A stretch of 64,000 nucleotides of DNA, taken from the NCBI GenBank assembly GCA_035524965.1, contig DATLFH010000082.1:18989-82988 (forward strand). The letters are read 5' to 3'. The number at the start of each line of letters is the position of its first letter. Position 1 is the first letter of the stretch. Positions 9,005-18,683 of the stretch are shown here, one piece after another. A program made the position numbers and the translations under genes. Source of the stretch: Gemmatimonadota bacterium. Its GTDB lineage: Bacteria; Gemmatimonadota; Gemmatimonadetes; JACCXV01; JAHWKZ01. Below the pieces are notes generated by a model. It had not been told where the DNA came from. It saw nothing but the letters and a program-made list of their open reading frames with translations, and ran no database searches.

Positions 9005-9916
9005 CTAGTCGGCGATGGCGTCGGGAAAGATATACTTCAGCGGATTCACCGGCCGCCCATTCTCGTGCACCTCGTAGTGCACGTGTGGAGCCACCGAGAA
9101 GCCCGTCGATCCGACCAGGGCGATCACATCCCCGCGCTGGACCCCCTCCCCGGACCTGACGACGACCCGCGAAGCGTGCGAGTACGCCGTCGTGACGCCG
9201 TGGCCATGATCGATCACGACGTAGTTCCCGTGGCCGTTCTCCCAGCCCGCCTTGAGGATCCTTCCCGCCGCCGTCGCCACGATCGGGTTGCCCCGCCGTG
9301 AAGAGATGTCGATCCCGTAATGCGGCCGAACGTCATGGAAGATGGGGTGCCGGCGGTGGTGCGAGAAGGTGCTGGAGAGGAAGCCGGAGGCGGGCCAGAT
9401 CGACGGAGTGGCCGCGAAACGGGCCTTCTTGTCGACGATCGACTTTCGAACGTCGTCCATGCTGCTGGCCAGGAGCTCGCTGCGCTTCAGCAGCATGTCG
9501 AGCGAGGTCGCCATCGAACCCACCCGCCCGTCGATATCCCCGTCGACATCCCCATCCACGAGGAGAGGGTGGTCGGGGCCGCCGACCCCGATCGCCTGGA
9601 CCTCCACGGGCATCGGCGGCAGGTCGGCCACCAGCCTGAGCTCCTCCTCCCGGTCGAGCAGCGATTCCATTTCCTGACCCAGCGTGGCGACCCGGCCTTC
9701 TAGCGCGGAGATCTCACTCTGCAGCCGGGCATCCTCGACGGCCGCGCCCGTACCCCGACCCGCGTCCAGAGCCAACGCCGCGGCTCCAACGGCTAGGGCC
9801 AGCGCCCCGGCCCCGACCGTGGAGAGACCGAGTACGGTTCGGCGGCAGAAGCGGACCGACCTCACGTTGCTGTTCTCATGTGGAATGTACAATAGCGTAC
9901 CGATTCGATCTGACAC
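9005..9916 (-). CDS. M23 family metallopeptidase (LytM domain) with N-terminal coiled coil
   Basis: HYGIDI (HxxxD) and PHVHYEV (HxH) catalytic motifs. The start could be further downstream (GTG). Confidence 0.75.
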   Translation of the reverse strand: MSDRIGTLLYIPHENSNVRSVRFCRRTVLGLSTVGAGALALAVGAAALALDAGRGTGAAVEDARLQSEISALEGRVATLGQEMESLLDREEELRLVADLPPMPVEVQAIGVGGPDHPLLVDGDVDGDIDGRVGSMATSLDMLLKRSELLASSMDDVRKSIVDKKARFAATPSIWPASGFLSSTFSHHRRHPIFHDVRPHYGIDISSRRGNPIVATAAGRILKAGWENGHGNYVVIDHGHGVTTAYSHASRVVVRSGEGVQRGDVIALVGSTGFSVAPHVHYEVHENGRPVNPLKYIFPDAIAD

Positions 9917-10132
9917 CCGTCGGCCCCCCCGAAAAGACGCGCGCGGGCGGCGTTCGGCCGCCCGCAGGTATGGTCATGACGACGATGCAGGATGAACTGG
10001 GTCATGGCAGCCTAACACACCCGGGGATGGGGTGTCAACCCGTCCGGCGGCGTCGACGACCCGACCATCCGATCCTCTTTCCGATCGCTCCTGCTGCAAG
10101 AGATGTTCCACATCTGCGCAATCGGGGCGGCG

Positions 10133-11143
10133 TTAGAAGATTTCGACGTTCACAAAGCCCAGCGGATCGGCGCGGAACGCCTCCACCAATGCCGCGATCC
10201 GGCCCTCAAGTACACGGATTTGAAGATACAGTTCCTGGTCCCCGAGGAAGCGTCCGAGCGATCCGCCGCCGCCCGCCAGACGGCTCCTGAGCGCCCCCGC
10301 GTCGGCCCGCAGATCGGCGAGGGCTGCCTGCAGCTCGACCGGGTCCGACCACGGGCCGGCGGCACCGTCGAGCGCCGCCAGGTCCGCCCGCAACCGCTCG
10401 ATCTGCTGCCGCAGGGCGGGATCGGAGCGGTAGTGCGGGATGAGGCCCTCCCCTTCGTCGAGCAGGTCGAGGAGCGCCTCGGATTCATCGGCCAGCCGCT
10501 CGAGGCTCGGGTAGAGCGCCGACTCCAGGTCCAGGAGCTTCCCGGCCGTTCCACCGCCGGCCAGCATCTTGACCCTGATCTCCTCGACCTCGGCCGCGAG
10601 CACCTGCGCCTCGTTGAGCGCGCGGGCGAACTTGGCGATGATCAGGTCCCAGTCGACCGACGGGATCTCCTCGATCGTCGCCCCGGGCGGCAGCGGCGCC
10701 TCGCGGACGTCCCCGGCCGTGATCTTGACGTAACGCTCCCCCCCCATCCCCACGCTCGCCAGTTGAGCCCGTGAGCTCGGCGTGATGTAGCGCTGGAACG
10801 GCTCCTGAATCGCGAGCTCGAGGCGGATGTCGCGCGGGGCGAGCGAAGCCAGTGGGGCCGGCAGCAGCGAATCCCCGACGATCGGCGGTCGCAGCGCTTC
10901 CCGCGGAACGATCTCGAGGTTCGCGACCTCGCCCGCGGTCATCCCGCCCACCTGGACGAAGGAGCCTACCCGCACGCCGCCGGCCTCGTCCAGATCGAGA
11001 TAGAGCCGATAGGTATCGGGCATAAACGGCCCGCGCGTCGTGCCGAGAACGAGAACCGTCACCACCGCCAACCCTGCGACCGCCGACACGGCGATCCCCA
11101 GCCTGAGGTCCCTCCAGCGCCGATCCTTCGTCCTGGCCGGCAC
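10133..11143 (-). CDS. MlaD/MCE-domain protein
   Basis: N-terminal TM (LGIAVSAVAGLAVVTVLVLG) followed by an MCE fold-like region and coiled-coil C-terminus. A GTG at 11143 just after the metG stop is the proposed start; the track ORF extends further, with overlap. Confidence 0.65.
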   Translation of the reverse strand: MPARTKDRRWRDLRLGIAVSAVAGLAVVTVLVLGTTRGPFMPDTYRLYLDLDEAGGVRVGSFVQVGGMTAGEVANLEIVPREALRPPIVGDSLLPAPLASLAPRDIRLELAIQEPFQRYITPSSRAQLASVGMGGERYVKITAGDVREAPLPPGATIEEIPSVDWDLIIAKFARALNEAQVLAAEVEEIRVKMLAGGGTAGKLLDLESALYPSLERLADESEALLDLLDEGEGLIPHYRSDPALRQQIERLRADLAALDGAAGPWSDPVELQAALADLRADAGALRSRLAGGGGSLGRFLGDQELYLQIRVLEGRIAALVEAFRADPLGFVNVEIF

Positions 11144-11147
11144 GCGA

Positions 11148-12737
11148 CTAGGCCGTCCCGGCCGGCTCGAGCCGCGGGTAGAGGGGCGGGCCGACGGTGA
11201 CCTCGGCCGCATCGAGCACTCCCCAACGGAGCGCCTCCGGGCCCGGGACCTCGGGCTGTCCGAGGGACGCCAGCAGCCGGCCACAAAGCTCGGGGCTCAC
11301 CGGCCAGAGGAGTGCCGCCGCCAACCGCACCGCCTCGGCCGCGTGGAGCAGGGTCGCGGCCACCTCCGTGCGGGCATCGACCGCCTTGGCCCGCTGCCAG
11401 GGCGCGCGCCGTTCCAGGTATTCGTTGGTGGCCGACACGAGGCCCATCACCCGCCCAACGGCGGCCTGGGGCCGCCAGGCGTCCCACTCCTCGGCAACCT
11501 TCCCCCCGAGCAGCCCCTCTGCGAGCTCCCGCAACGCGGTCTCGTCCACGCCGCCGGACCCGGCCCGGCTCGGCAGCCTGCCTTCGAGGTAGCGACCGAT
11601 CATTTTCGTGACCCGGGCGTGGAGGTTGCCCAGGTCGTTCGCGAGGTCGGCATTGAGCCGCTGGACCAACGAATCGTACGAAAACGTACTATCCTGGCCG
11701 AGGGTCATCTCGCGGAGCAGATAGTACCGGACGCCGCTCACGCCGAAGACCTCGACGAGCTCTTCCGGCCCGACGACGTTGCCGGTCGTCTTCGACATCT
11801 TTCGCCCCTCCCAGAGCCACCAGCCATGGGCCAGGATCTGGCGCGGCAGGGCCCAGCCGAGGGCCATCAGGATCGTGATCCAGTAGACGGAGTGGGTCGT
11901 CAGGATGTCCTTGCCCATCAAGTGGACGTCGGCCGGATGGTCGTTCCAGGCGCCGATCGCCCGCCGGGCGCTCTCCTCGGGCGGTTCGCCGGCCATCGGG
12001 TCGACCGTCCCGGTCACGTAGTTCAGGAGCGCATCGACCCAGACGTAGGTCACGAACCGCTCGTCCCAGGGGAACGGGATCCCCCACTCCAGCCGCTCGC
12101 GCGGGCGCGAGATGCAGAGATCCCCGAGCGGTTCCCGCAGAAACCCGAGAATCTCGTTGGCGCGCGTGCGGGGAACGATGAAGCCGCTGTTTTCCCGGAT
12201 GTGCCCGACGAGTCGCTCCTGGAACGCGCTCATGCGGAAGAACCAGTTCCGCTCCTCGATCTCCTCCACCGGTCGCCCGCAGTAGGGACAACGGCCATCC
12301 GCGAGATCCTTTTCCGTCCAATACCGCTCGTCGGAGACACAGTACCATCCCCGGTAGGCGTCCTCGTAGAGGAGCGGCCGGCCGTCGGTCGTCACGCCGC
12401 TGCGGAGTCGTTCGAGCGCTTCGCGAACGACGGCCACGTGGTCCGGATCCGTCGTTCGGATGAAGCGATCGTAGCCGATCCCCAGGCGGTCCCAGGTAGC
12501 CCTCCAGAAGGGGGCCAGCTCGTCCACGTGGGCCCGCGGGTCGATCCCGCGGCGCTCGGCCGCCCTGGCGACGCTCTGACCGTGCTCGTCGGTCCCGGTC
12601 AGGAACCGCACCTCGACCCCCGTCATCCGACGGCGGCGGGCGATGACGTCGGCGAGGATCGTCGTGTAGGCGTGGCCGATGTGGGGCCGGTCGTTGACGT
12701 AGTAGATCGGGGTGGTGAGATAGTACCGGTCGGACAT
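11148..12737 (-). CDS. metG: methionyl-tRNA synthetase (short form)
   Basis: HIGH motif (PHIGHAYT), KMSKS motif (KMSKTTGN) and zinc knuckle (CPYCGRP). Confidence 0.9.
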   Translation of the reverse strand: MSDRYYLTTPIYYVNDRPHIGHAYTTILADVIARRRRMTGVEVRFLTGTDEHGQSVARAAERRGIDPRAHVDELAPFWRATWDRLGIGYDRFIRTTDPDHVAVVREALERLRSGVTTDGRPLLYEDAYRGWYCVSDERYWTEKDLADGRCPYCGRPVEEIEERNWFFRMSAFQERLVGHIRENSGFIVPRTRANEILGFLREPLGDLCISRPRERLEWGIPFPWDERFVTYVWVDALLNYVTGTVDPMAGEPPEESARRAIGAWNDHPADVHLMGKDILTTHSVYWITILMALGWALPRQILAHGWWLWEGRKMSKTTGNVVGPEELVEVFGVSGVRYYLLREMTLGQDSTFSYDSLVQRLNADLANDLGNLHARVTKMIGRYLEGRLPSRAGSGGVDETALRELAEGLLGGKVAEEWDAWRPQAAVGRVMGLVSATNEYLERRAPWQRAKAVDARTEVAATLLHAAEAVRLAAALLWPVSPELCGRLLASLGQPEVPGPEALRWGVLDAAEVTVGPPLYPRLEPAGTA

Positions 12738-12746
12738 GATACGAAT

Positions 12747-13190
12747 CTACATCGGAGGTTCGCCTGACGGGTCGGCCGGAAGGCCGGCCGCGTGCTGGGG
12801 GAGGTCGTCGGTGATCTCGTCCCAGACCGCCCGGGAGTCGACGAACGTGTGGTACTGGGGTCGGATGCCGGGATCGCCGTCGACGCTCCCCAGTCGGATC
12901 GATACTTCGGGCCCGTCGGGCCATGCGCCGCCGAAGAGGCTGGATCCGCAGCGCCCGCAGAACGCCTTGACCGCGCCCCCCTCCGGCCGGTAGACGTGCA
13001 AGCTCTCGTTCCCCGACAGGAGCCGGAAGTGCTCGCGCAACACCCGCCCCTGAGTCGACACGGCCGCGCCGGAATGCTTGCGGCAGCGCGAGCAGTGGCA
13101 GTGGCCGGCCCGCAGGAAGGGTCCGGTGACCTGGTAGCGGACCCGGCCGCAGAGGCAGCCGCCGGTGATCGTGGGGCTCTCTCCGATCAT
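12747..13190 (-). CDS. GFA-family (CENP-V/glutathione-dependent formaldehyde-activating-like) zinc protein
   Basis: CLCGRVRY...CHCSRCRK...CGRCGS cysteine pattern. ATG at 13190. Confidence 0.65.
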   Translation of the reverse strand: MIGESPTITGGCLCGRVRYQVTGPFLRAGHCHCSRCRKHSGAAVSTQGRVLREHFRLLSGNESLHVYRPEGGAVKAFCGRCGSSLFGGAWPDGPEVSIRLGSVDGDPGIRPQYHTFVDSRAVWDEITDDLPQHAAGLPADPSGEPPM

Positions 13191-13242
13191 GGACGCCGGC
13201 GCCGGTAATGACGGCGCGCCTTTGCGCGGTTGCCGCAGTCCC

Positions 13243-14421
13243 TCATGTCGCACCACCGTCGCCCGCCTGACACCCCCCGTCTGACCGCTCGAACGCCCGC
13301 AGCGCTTCCCAATACAGCAGCGTAGGGGTCACGTTGCTCCACACATGGTCGCGAACGAGGAGGAGGCTCCGCGCGGCCGCAACCAGCGCTTCCGGCCCGA
13401 GCCGCGCCGCGGCGCGGTAGCGGGGAAGGAGATCCGGGTGATGGAGGGATGGCGCTTCGGGAGCTTCCGACGCCACGAGGTGCACGGCCTCCGGACCATC
13501 CCCCGCCAGGCAAACCGCCAGCGCATCCTCGACCATCCCCAGCAGGAACTCGAACGCATGGTCGTGCTGCTCGCGGACGCGCGGCAGCTCGGCGTCCAGC
13601 AGAAGCGCGCAGGGGCTCTCTTCGCCCAACGCCCCGGCCGCGAAGAGTCGCTCGGCGAGCGCCTTGAGTCCCAGGATCGCGGGATCGGCCAGCGCCAGGG
13701 CGCGCCCCGGACGGCCGCCGGCCAGCGCGACGAGCGGGCCGGCATCTTCCCGCGAACCGTCGAGCCGCGCGTCGACGAACGCCCGCACGTCGGCGTCGTC
13801 GAGGGAGCCGACCGCAAGCGACTGGACGCGCGAATGGATCGTGTCGGGAAGCGCATCCGGACGGCTGGCAGTCAGGATGAAGCGCGACCGGGCGGGCACT
13901 TCCTCGAGGAGCTTCATCAGCATGCCGGTCGGCTCGTCGCCCAGCGGGTGCCGGTCGACATCCCCCAAAAGGAACACCTGCTCGTCCGCCTCGTAGGGCG
14001 GGCGCGCCGCCGCCCGGGAGACCGCGTGGAAATCCTCCATCCGGAACGAAGCCGGGTGATCGTATTGCGGCGCCTCGGAGGGCTCACCGGCCCGCCGGGC
14101 CAGGTCCTCGCCCCGCGCGTCCTCGCCATAGTAGGCCGCGGCCGGCCGGGGGAAGTACCAGTGGACGTCGGGGTGCACGTTGTGCGCGATCCGCCGGCAC
14201 GCCGGGCAGGCGCCGCAGGGTCCGGCTTCCCCGCCGGCCCCGGCCGGCTCCGCGCAGAGGAGCCGTTGGGCGAGCCAGCGGGCGAGGGTTTGCTTACCCA
14301 CTCCGGCCGGACCGTGGAAGAGGAGCGCCTTCCCCAACCGCCCGCGCGCGATCGCCGCGTTCAGCGCGCGCTTCAGCCCCCGGTGCCCGTAGAGTCGGAT
14401 CGGCTCTTCGATCGCCGGCAT
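13243..14421 (-). CDS. holB: DNA polymerase III delta-prime subunit
   Basis: Walker A ([12 protein letters not shown]) and zinc module ([18 protein letters not shown]). ATG at 14421 follows the upstream stop at 14433. Confidence 0.75.
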   Translation of the reverse strand: MPAIEEPIRLYGHRGLKRALNAAIARGRLGKALLFHGPAGVGKQTLARWLAQRLLCAEPAGAGGEAGPCGACPACRRIAHNVHPDVHWYFPRPAAAYYGEDARGEDLARRAGEPSEAPQYDHPASFRMEDFHAVSRAAARPPYEADEQVFLLGDVDRHPLGDEPTGMLMKLLEEVPARSRFILTASRPDALPDTIHSRVQSLAVGSLDDADVRAFVDARLDGSREDAGPLVALAGGRPGRALALADPAILGLKALAERLFAAGALGEESPCALLLDAELPRVREQHDHAFEFLLGMVEDALAVCLAGDGPEAVHLVASEAPEAPSLHHPDLLPRYRAAARLGPEALVAAARSLLLVRDHVWSNVTPTLLYWEALRAFERSDGGCQAGDGGAT

Positions 14422-14432
14422 CCCGATCTCGC

Positions 14433-15671
14433 TCACCTCGATCTCAGCCAACCGATCGGGTCGACGGCTCTGCCCCCCTGCCGGATCTCGAAGTGGAGCT
14501 TCGGGCCGACCAGGCTCCCCGACTCGCCCACCGTCCCGACGGCCTGCCCTTTCGCGACCGGATCGCCGACCCCGAGGTGGGCACGGTCGAGATGAGCGTA
14601 GAGCGAGTAGTGGCCGCCGTCGTGGTCGACGATGACCATCAACCCGTAACCGCCGTTCCAGTCGGCGTAGGCGACCTCGCCGGATTCGACCGCTCTCACC
14701 GGCGTGCCGCGCGGCGCCTGGATGTCGACGCCGTTGTTGATGACCTCGGTGTTGTAGACCGGGTGCCGCGCACGACCGAAACGGCTGATGATGCGTCCTT
14801 CAACCGGCCAGTCGAGCGCGCCGAAGTCGCCGGTCAGCGTGGAGGCGGCTGGATCGGGCGCCTCGCGGCCGGCCGCCGCAGCCCGCCGCCGGGCCTCGGC
14901 CTCGCGCTCGGCCCTCCTGCGCTCGAGAACCGCCAGCAGCTCTCGGATCTTCTCGGTCTCCGCCTCCAGCGCCTCGGCCGCCTGGAGCTGCTCCGAACGT
15001 TCGTCCTTGACCCGCGAGAGGAGCCGCTCGCGGTCGCGCTCGGCCTCGGAGAGCGAACGCACCTGCTCGACCCGCACATTCCGGGTCTCCGAGAGATCGG
15101 CACGCGTCGCCTCGAGCCGGCTGCGGTCGGCCCGGATGCGGGCCTCCAGCAGGGCGATCTCCTCGACGAGCCGATTATCCTGCTCGGCGATGATACGCAA
15201 ATATTTGTAGCGGCTCAGCGCCTCCGCGAACGAGTCCGAGCGCAGCAGGATCTGGAAGGCTCCGAACTTACCGAGCTTGTAGATCGACCGGAGCCGCCGG
15301 CCCAGGATCTGGCGCTTGACCGTGAGCAGGTCCTGTGCCTGCGCGAGATCGCGGATGACGTCCTCGATCCGATTCCCCTGAGACTCGATCTCGACGTCGA
15401 GGGTCTCGATCAGATGCTCGGTCACCCCGAGCTCACGTTCGACCTGACGCAGGTCGCCAAGAACGCTTCTCTCGCGCCGGCCGAGTCGCGCCGCTTCCTC
15501 CCGCCGCTCCTGGATTTCCCGCTGGAGCGCCTCGAGCCGCTCCCGCTGGGACTCTACCTCCGCATCCTCCTGCGCGCGCCCCGCCGAGGGCGCGAGCACG
15601 CCCGCCGCGAGGAGCGCGGCGATGGCCACCGCCTCCCGGGCCCGGATGGAGGAACGACCGGCCGGCCGCAT
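14433..15671 (-). CDS. envC: EnvC-like murein hydrolase activator (signal peptide, long coiled coil, degenerate LytM/M23 domain)
   Basis: The C-terminal LytM domain has HxxxD replaced by NNGVDI and only one His in the HxH position (KLHFE). Lies immediately downstream of ftsX with an 8-nt gap. Confidence 0.7.
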   Translation of the reverse strand: MRPAGRSSIRAREAVAIAALLAAGVLAPSAGRAQEDAEVESQRERLEALQREIQERREEAARLGRRERSVLGDLRQVERELGVTEHLIETLDVEIESQGNRIEDVIRDLAQAQDLLTVKRQILGRRLRSIYKLGKFGAFQILLRSDSFAEALSRYKYLRIIAEQDNRLVEEIALLEARIRADRSRLEATRADLSETRNVRVEQVRSLSEAERDRERLLSRVKDERSEQLQAAEALEAETEKIRELLAVLERRRAEREAEARRRAAAAGREAPDPAASTLTGDFGALDWPVEGRIISRFGRARHPVYNTEVINNGVDIQAPRGTPVRAVESGEVAYADWNGGYGLMVIVDHDGGHYSLYAHLDRAHLGVGDPVAKGQAVGTVGESGSLVGPKLHFEIRQGGRAVDPIGWLRSR

Positions 15672-15679
15672 CCAGCCTG

Positions 15680-16537
15680 TCACCACTTCCTGAGAAGCCG
15701 CCGAAGCGTGGCCAGCGATGCGATCGCCCCCAGCGCGCCGCCCACTACGACTCCGATTACGAGCTGGACCGGCGTGTAGAACTCGAGCGTCACCACCCGG
15801 CTCTCGATTGCGGTGAAGGTCACGGTCAGGAGTACCAGGGCAACCAGCGCCCCGATCACCCCCTTGGCGAAGCCCTCCATGACGAACGGCTGCGCGATGA
15901 ACACCGGCGTCGCCCCGACCATCTTCATGATCGCGATCTCTTCCTCGCGAGCCACCAGGACGAGGTTGATCGTAGCTCCGATCGACACGAATGCGATGGT
16001 CCCGAAGATCGCTCCCACGACGAGCCCGAGGAAGACCGACAGTCCCTGCAGGAAGTCGAGCTTCTGGACCCACTCCTCGCCGTATTTGATCTCCTCGACG
16101 AATGCGAAGCGGGCCACCCGCGTCGCGACTTCGCGGACCTGCGGATTTCGTCGATGCCCCGGCTTGAGCGCGATCTCGACGGACGCCGGCAGCGGGTTCA
16201 CTTCGAGGTCCTCGTAGAGCTCGTTGTACTCCCCCATGTCCGCGCGTGCGCGGGCGAGGGCGTCGTCCTTCGAGACGTACATGACCGAGTCGACCTCGGG
16301 GTACTCCGTCACCTCGCGCATCAGGGACGCGCTCTCGGCCGGCTCGACGGAATCCCTCAGATAGGCGATCACCTCGACCCGCTCTTCGACCTCCTGCAGT
16401 ACGCGCTCGATGTTGAGCCACACGAGCCCGAAGACCGAAAGGGTGTAGAGCGCGAACCCGATCGTGATGATCGAAAGCGCGGTGAGGAGCGGGGCTCGGC
16501 GGAAGGCGAAGAAAGCTTCCCGCGTCTTGTATCTCAT
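15680..16537 (-). CDS. ftsX: cell division permease FtsX
   Basis: Four-TM ABC-permease-like topology with a large periplasmic loop. Adjacent to ftsE. Confidence 0.8.
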   Translation of the reverse strand: MRYKTREAFFAFRRAPLLTALSIITIGFALYTLSVFGLVWLNIERVLQEVEERVEVIAYLRDSVEPAESASLMREVTEYPEVDSVMYVSKDDALARARADMGEYNELYEDLEVNPLPASVEIALKPGHRRNPQVREVATRVARFAFVEEIKYGEEWVQKLDFLQGLSVFLGLVVGAIFGTIAFVSIGATINLVLVAREEEIAIMKMVGATPVFIAQPFVMEGFAKGVIGALVALVLLTVTFTAIESRVVTLEFYTPVQLVIGVVVGGALGAIASLATLRRLLRKW

Positions 16538-16546
16538 ACTACGCGG

Positions 16547-16610
16547 AGCAGGAATGAGATGTCACACCGAGCGCGACGATGCTCAACTCCGCGACGATGC
16601 TCAACTCTGC
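16547..16610. repeat. three imperfect 18-bp direct repeats in the ftsE-ftsX spacer
   Basis: cgacgatgctcaactccg / cgacgatgctcaactctg / ctagggtgctcaactctg, read on the plus strand. Confidence 0.5.
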
Positions 16611-16618
16611 TAGGGTGC

Positions 16619-17290
16619 TCAACTCTGCGACGAGTCTCTCGATACGACTCCCCGATCGAGCTCGATGACGCGCGCGCGAGGATGTTCGTCCAGCAGCTGC
16701 CGGTCGTGGGTCACGAACAGGACCGCCATCCCCCGCAGGTTGATGTTCTTGCAGACCCGCAGGATGTCGAGCGAGACGCGCGGATCCAGGTTTCCGGTCG
16801 GCTCGTCCGCGAGCAGAATGAACGGGTCGTTGACGAGCGCGCGGGCGATCACCACCCGCTGCTGCTCACCGCCCGACAGTTCGGCCGGATAGTGGTGCGC
16901 CCGCTCTCCCAGCCCGACTGCAGCCAGCGTGCGCGGAACCGTCTCGCGGATCCGCTCGGGCGGGGCGCCGATCACCTCGAGTGCGAACGCGACGTTCTCG
17001 AGCGCCGTCCGGTTCTTCAGCAGCCGGAAGTCCTGGAACACGACGCCCAGGCGGCGGCGCAGATACGGGATCTCCCGGCGCCGGACCTTCTCGGACGAGA
17101 AACCCGACACGCGGACGACCCCCGCGGTGGGCCGTTCTTCCATCGTCACCAGCTTAAGCAGGGTCGTCTTGCCGGCGCCCGAAGGGCCGGTCAGGAACAG
17201 GAACTCGCCACGGCGGAGGTGGAAGGAGACGTCCTTGAGGGCGAGACCGGTCTTGGGAAATTCCTTGGAGACGTTCTGGAACAGAATCAT
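16619..17290 (-). CDS. ftsE: cell division ATP-binding protein FtsE
   Basis: Walker A (GPSGAGKTT), ABC signature (LSGGEQQR) and Walker B (ILLADEPT). Confidence 0.9.
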   Translation of the reverse strand: MILFQNVSKEFPKTGLALKDVSFHLRRGEFLFLTGPSGAGKTTLLKLVTMEERPTAGVVRVSGFSSEKVRRREIPYLRRRLGVVFQDFRLLKNRTALENVAFALEVIGAPPERIRETVPRTLAAVGLGERAHHYPAELSGGEQQRVVIARALVNDPFILLADEPTGNLDPRVSLDILRVCKNINLRGMAVLFVTHDRQLLDEHPRARVIELDRGVVSRDSSQS

Positions 17291-17312
17291 CCGGCGCGCG
17301 CCCGGCGCGGCG

Positions 17313-18683
17313 TCATCCGGCTGCCGAAGCGGGAAAGAGCTCGTCGAGGGTGATCCGGATGTCCACGTATACGCTCCGGCGGAGACGCTCGACGAAGGCC
17401 GCCTCGGCTCGCTCCAGTGCGAGCTGCTGCCGGATCCGGGGCGCGATCTGCTCGAACTGAATCGCCTCGCTGCCCGCCGTTCCGTGGCTGATGATCACGC
17501 TGAAACCGGTCCCCGTCTCGATGACCGTCGCCGCGCCGGAAGCGAGGCTCTGGAGTGCGCTCGCGTAAACTTCCGGGAGCTGCGACGCGGCCAGCTCGAT
17601 GATGGCGGCGGCCGCCGAGTCGCCGGGCAGGTAGGCGGCTTGCAGGCTGTCGACGTCGGCCCCCGAGAGGATGAGGTCGAGAAGCATGTCGGCCTCCTCT
17701 CGCGCCCGCTGGAGATCCTCGGGGGTGCGCTCGAAGGCGAACAGGATGTGGCGCGCCCGGACCTCGTCGGTCCGCCGGTCGGTCGCTTGGAGGAGGTGGA
17801 AGCCGAACGGCGTCTCGACCGGCCCCACGACCTCCCCCAGAGGCGCGTCGAACGCGGCGGCCTCGAACGCCGGCACCATGCGGCCCCGGCCGAACCAGCC
17901 CAGGTCGCCGCCCGCCTCGCGGCCGGTCGGATCATCCGAATGCTCCCGGGCGAGCATCGCGAAGTCGCCCCCGGCCCGGATCTCCGCGAGCACCCTCTCG
18001 GCCTCCGCGCGCGCGCTGTCCCGCGCCGCCGCCGTCGGTTTCACCGTCACCGGAAGCTCCTCGAACCGGAAGGTCTGGGGGCTCGTGCCGATGGCAGCCC
18101 GGTTCTCCTCCCAGTAGGCGCGCACGTCGGCGTCGGAAACGGGGAGCGGCCGGATCTCGTCGCGCCGGGTTTCGAGGAACGCCTGCCCGAGAAGCTCCCG
18201 GCGCTTGCGCTCCATGAGGTCCCGGCGGTAGACGGCCAGGCTTCCCCACTGGCTCTGGCCGAGCTGACGCAGAAACTCTTCTTCCGACGGGAATCGCGTG
18301 CGGATCGCTTCCAGCTCCCGGTCGGCCGCCTCCGCGACCTGCTCGGCCTCGATCCGGATCGTGGTGTCCCGTTCCGCGGCGGCCACGATGATGAGGTCCT
18401 GGATCAACTGCTCGAACGACTCGCGGGCGATCCGCTCGAACTGGGGCGTCCCGGGCGGGATCCCGAGTTGCTCGGCCAGCAGCAAGGTCTGCTCGCGCCA
18501 CTCCGACTCGAGGAGCGGAGTCGAGCCGACCACCGCCACGATCCGGTCGGTAAGGAGCGGCGCGACCGCGAGGTCCCGCTCGGGAAGGGACGGCTCCCCC
18601 GCCTGCGCCAGAACCGCACCCGGGGAAGCCGATGCGATGATCGCCAAAAGGATCGCCAGGACCCCGGGGCCGCCCACCCTCAT
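17313..18683 (-). CDS. periplasmic parvulin-type peptidyl-prolyl isomerase (SurA/PpiD-like)
   Basis: Signal peptide. PpiC domain (GGDLGWFGRGRMVPAFEAAAF...FGFHLLQ). Confidence 0.75.
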   Translation of the reverse strand: MRVGGPGVLAILLAIIASASPGAVLAQAGEPSLPERDLAVAPLLTDRIVAVVGSTPLLESEWREQTLLLAEQLGIPPGTPQFERIARESFEQLIQDLIIVAAAERDTTIRIEAEQVAEAADRELEAIRTRFPSEEEFLRQLGQSQWGSLAVYRRDLMERKRRELLGQAFLETRRDEIRPLPVSDADVRAYWEENRAAIGTSPQTFRFEELPVTVKPTAAARDSARAEAERVLAEIRAGGDFAMLAREHSDDPTGREAGGDLGWFGRGRMVPAFEAAAFDAPLGEVVGPVETPFGFHLLQATDRRTDEVRARHILFAFERTPEDLQRAREEADMLLDLILSGADVDSLQAAYLPGDSAAAAIIELAASQLPEVYASALQSLASGAATVIETGTGFSVIISHGTAGSEAIQFEQIAPRIRQQLALERAEAAFVERLRRSVYVDIRITLDELFPASAAG

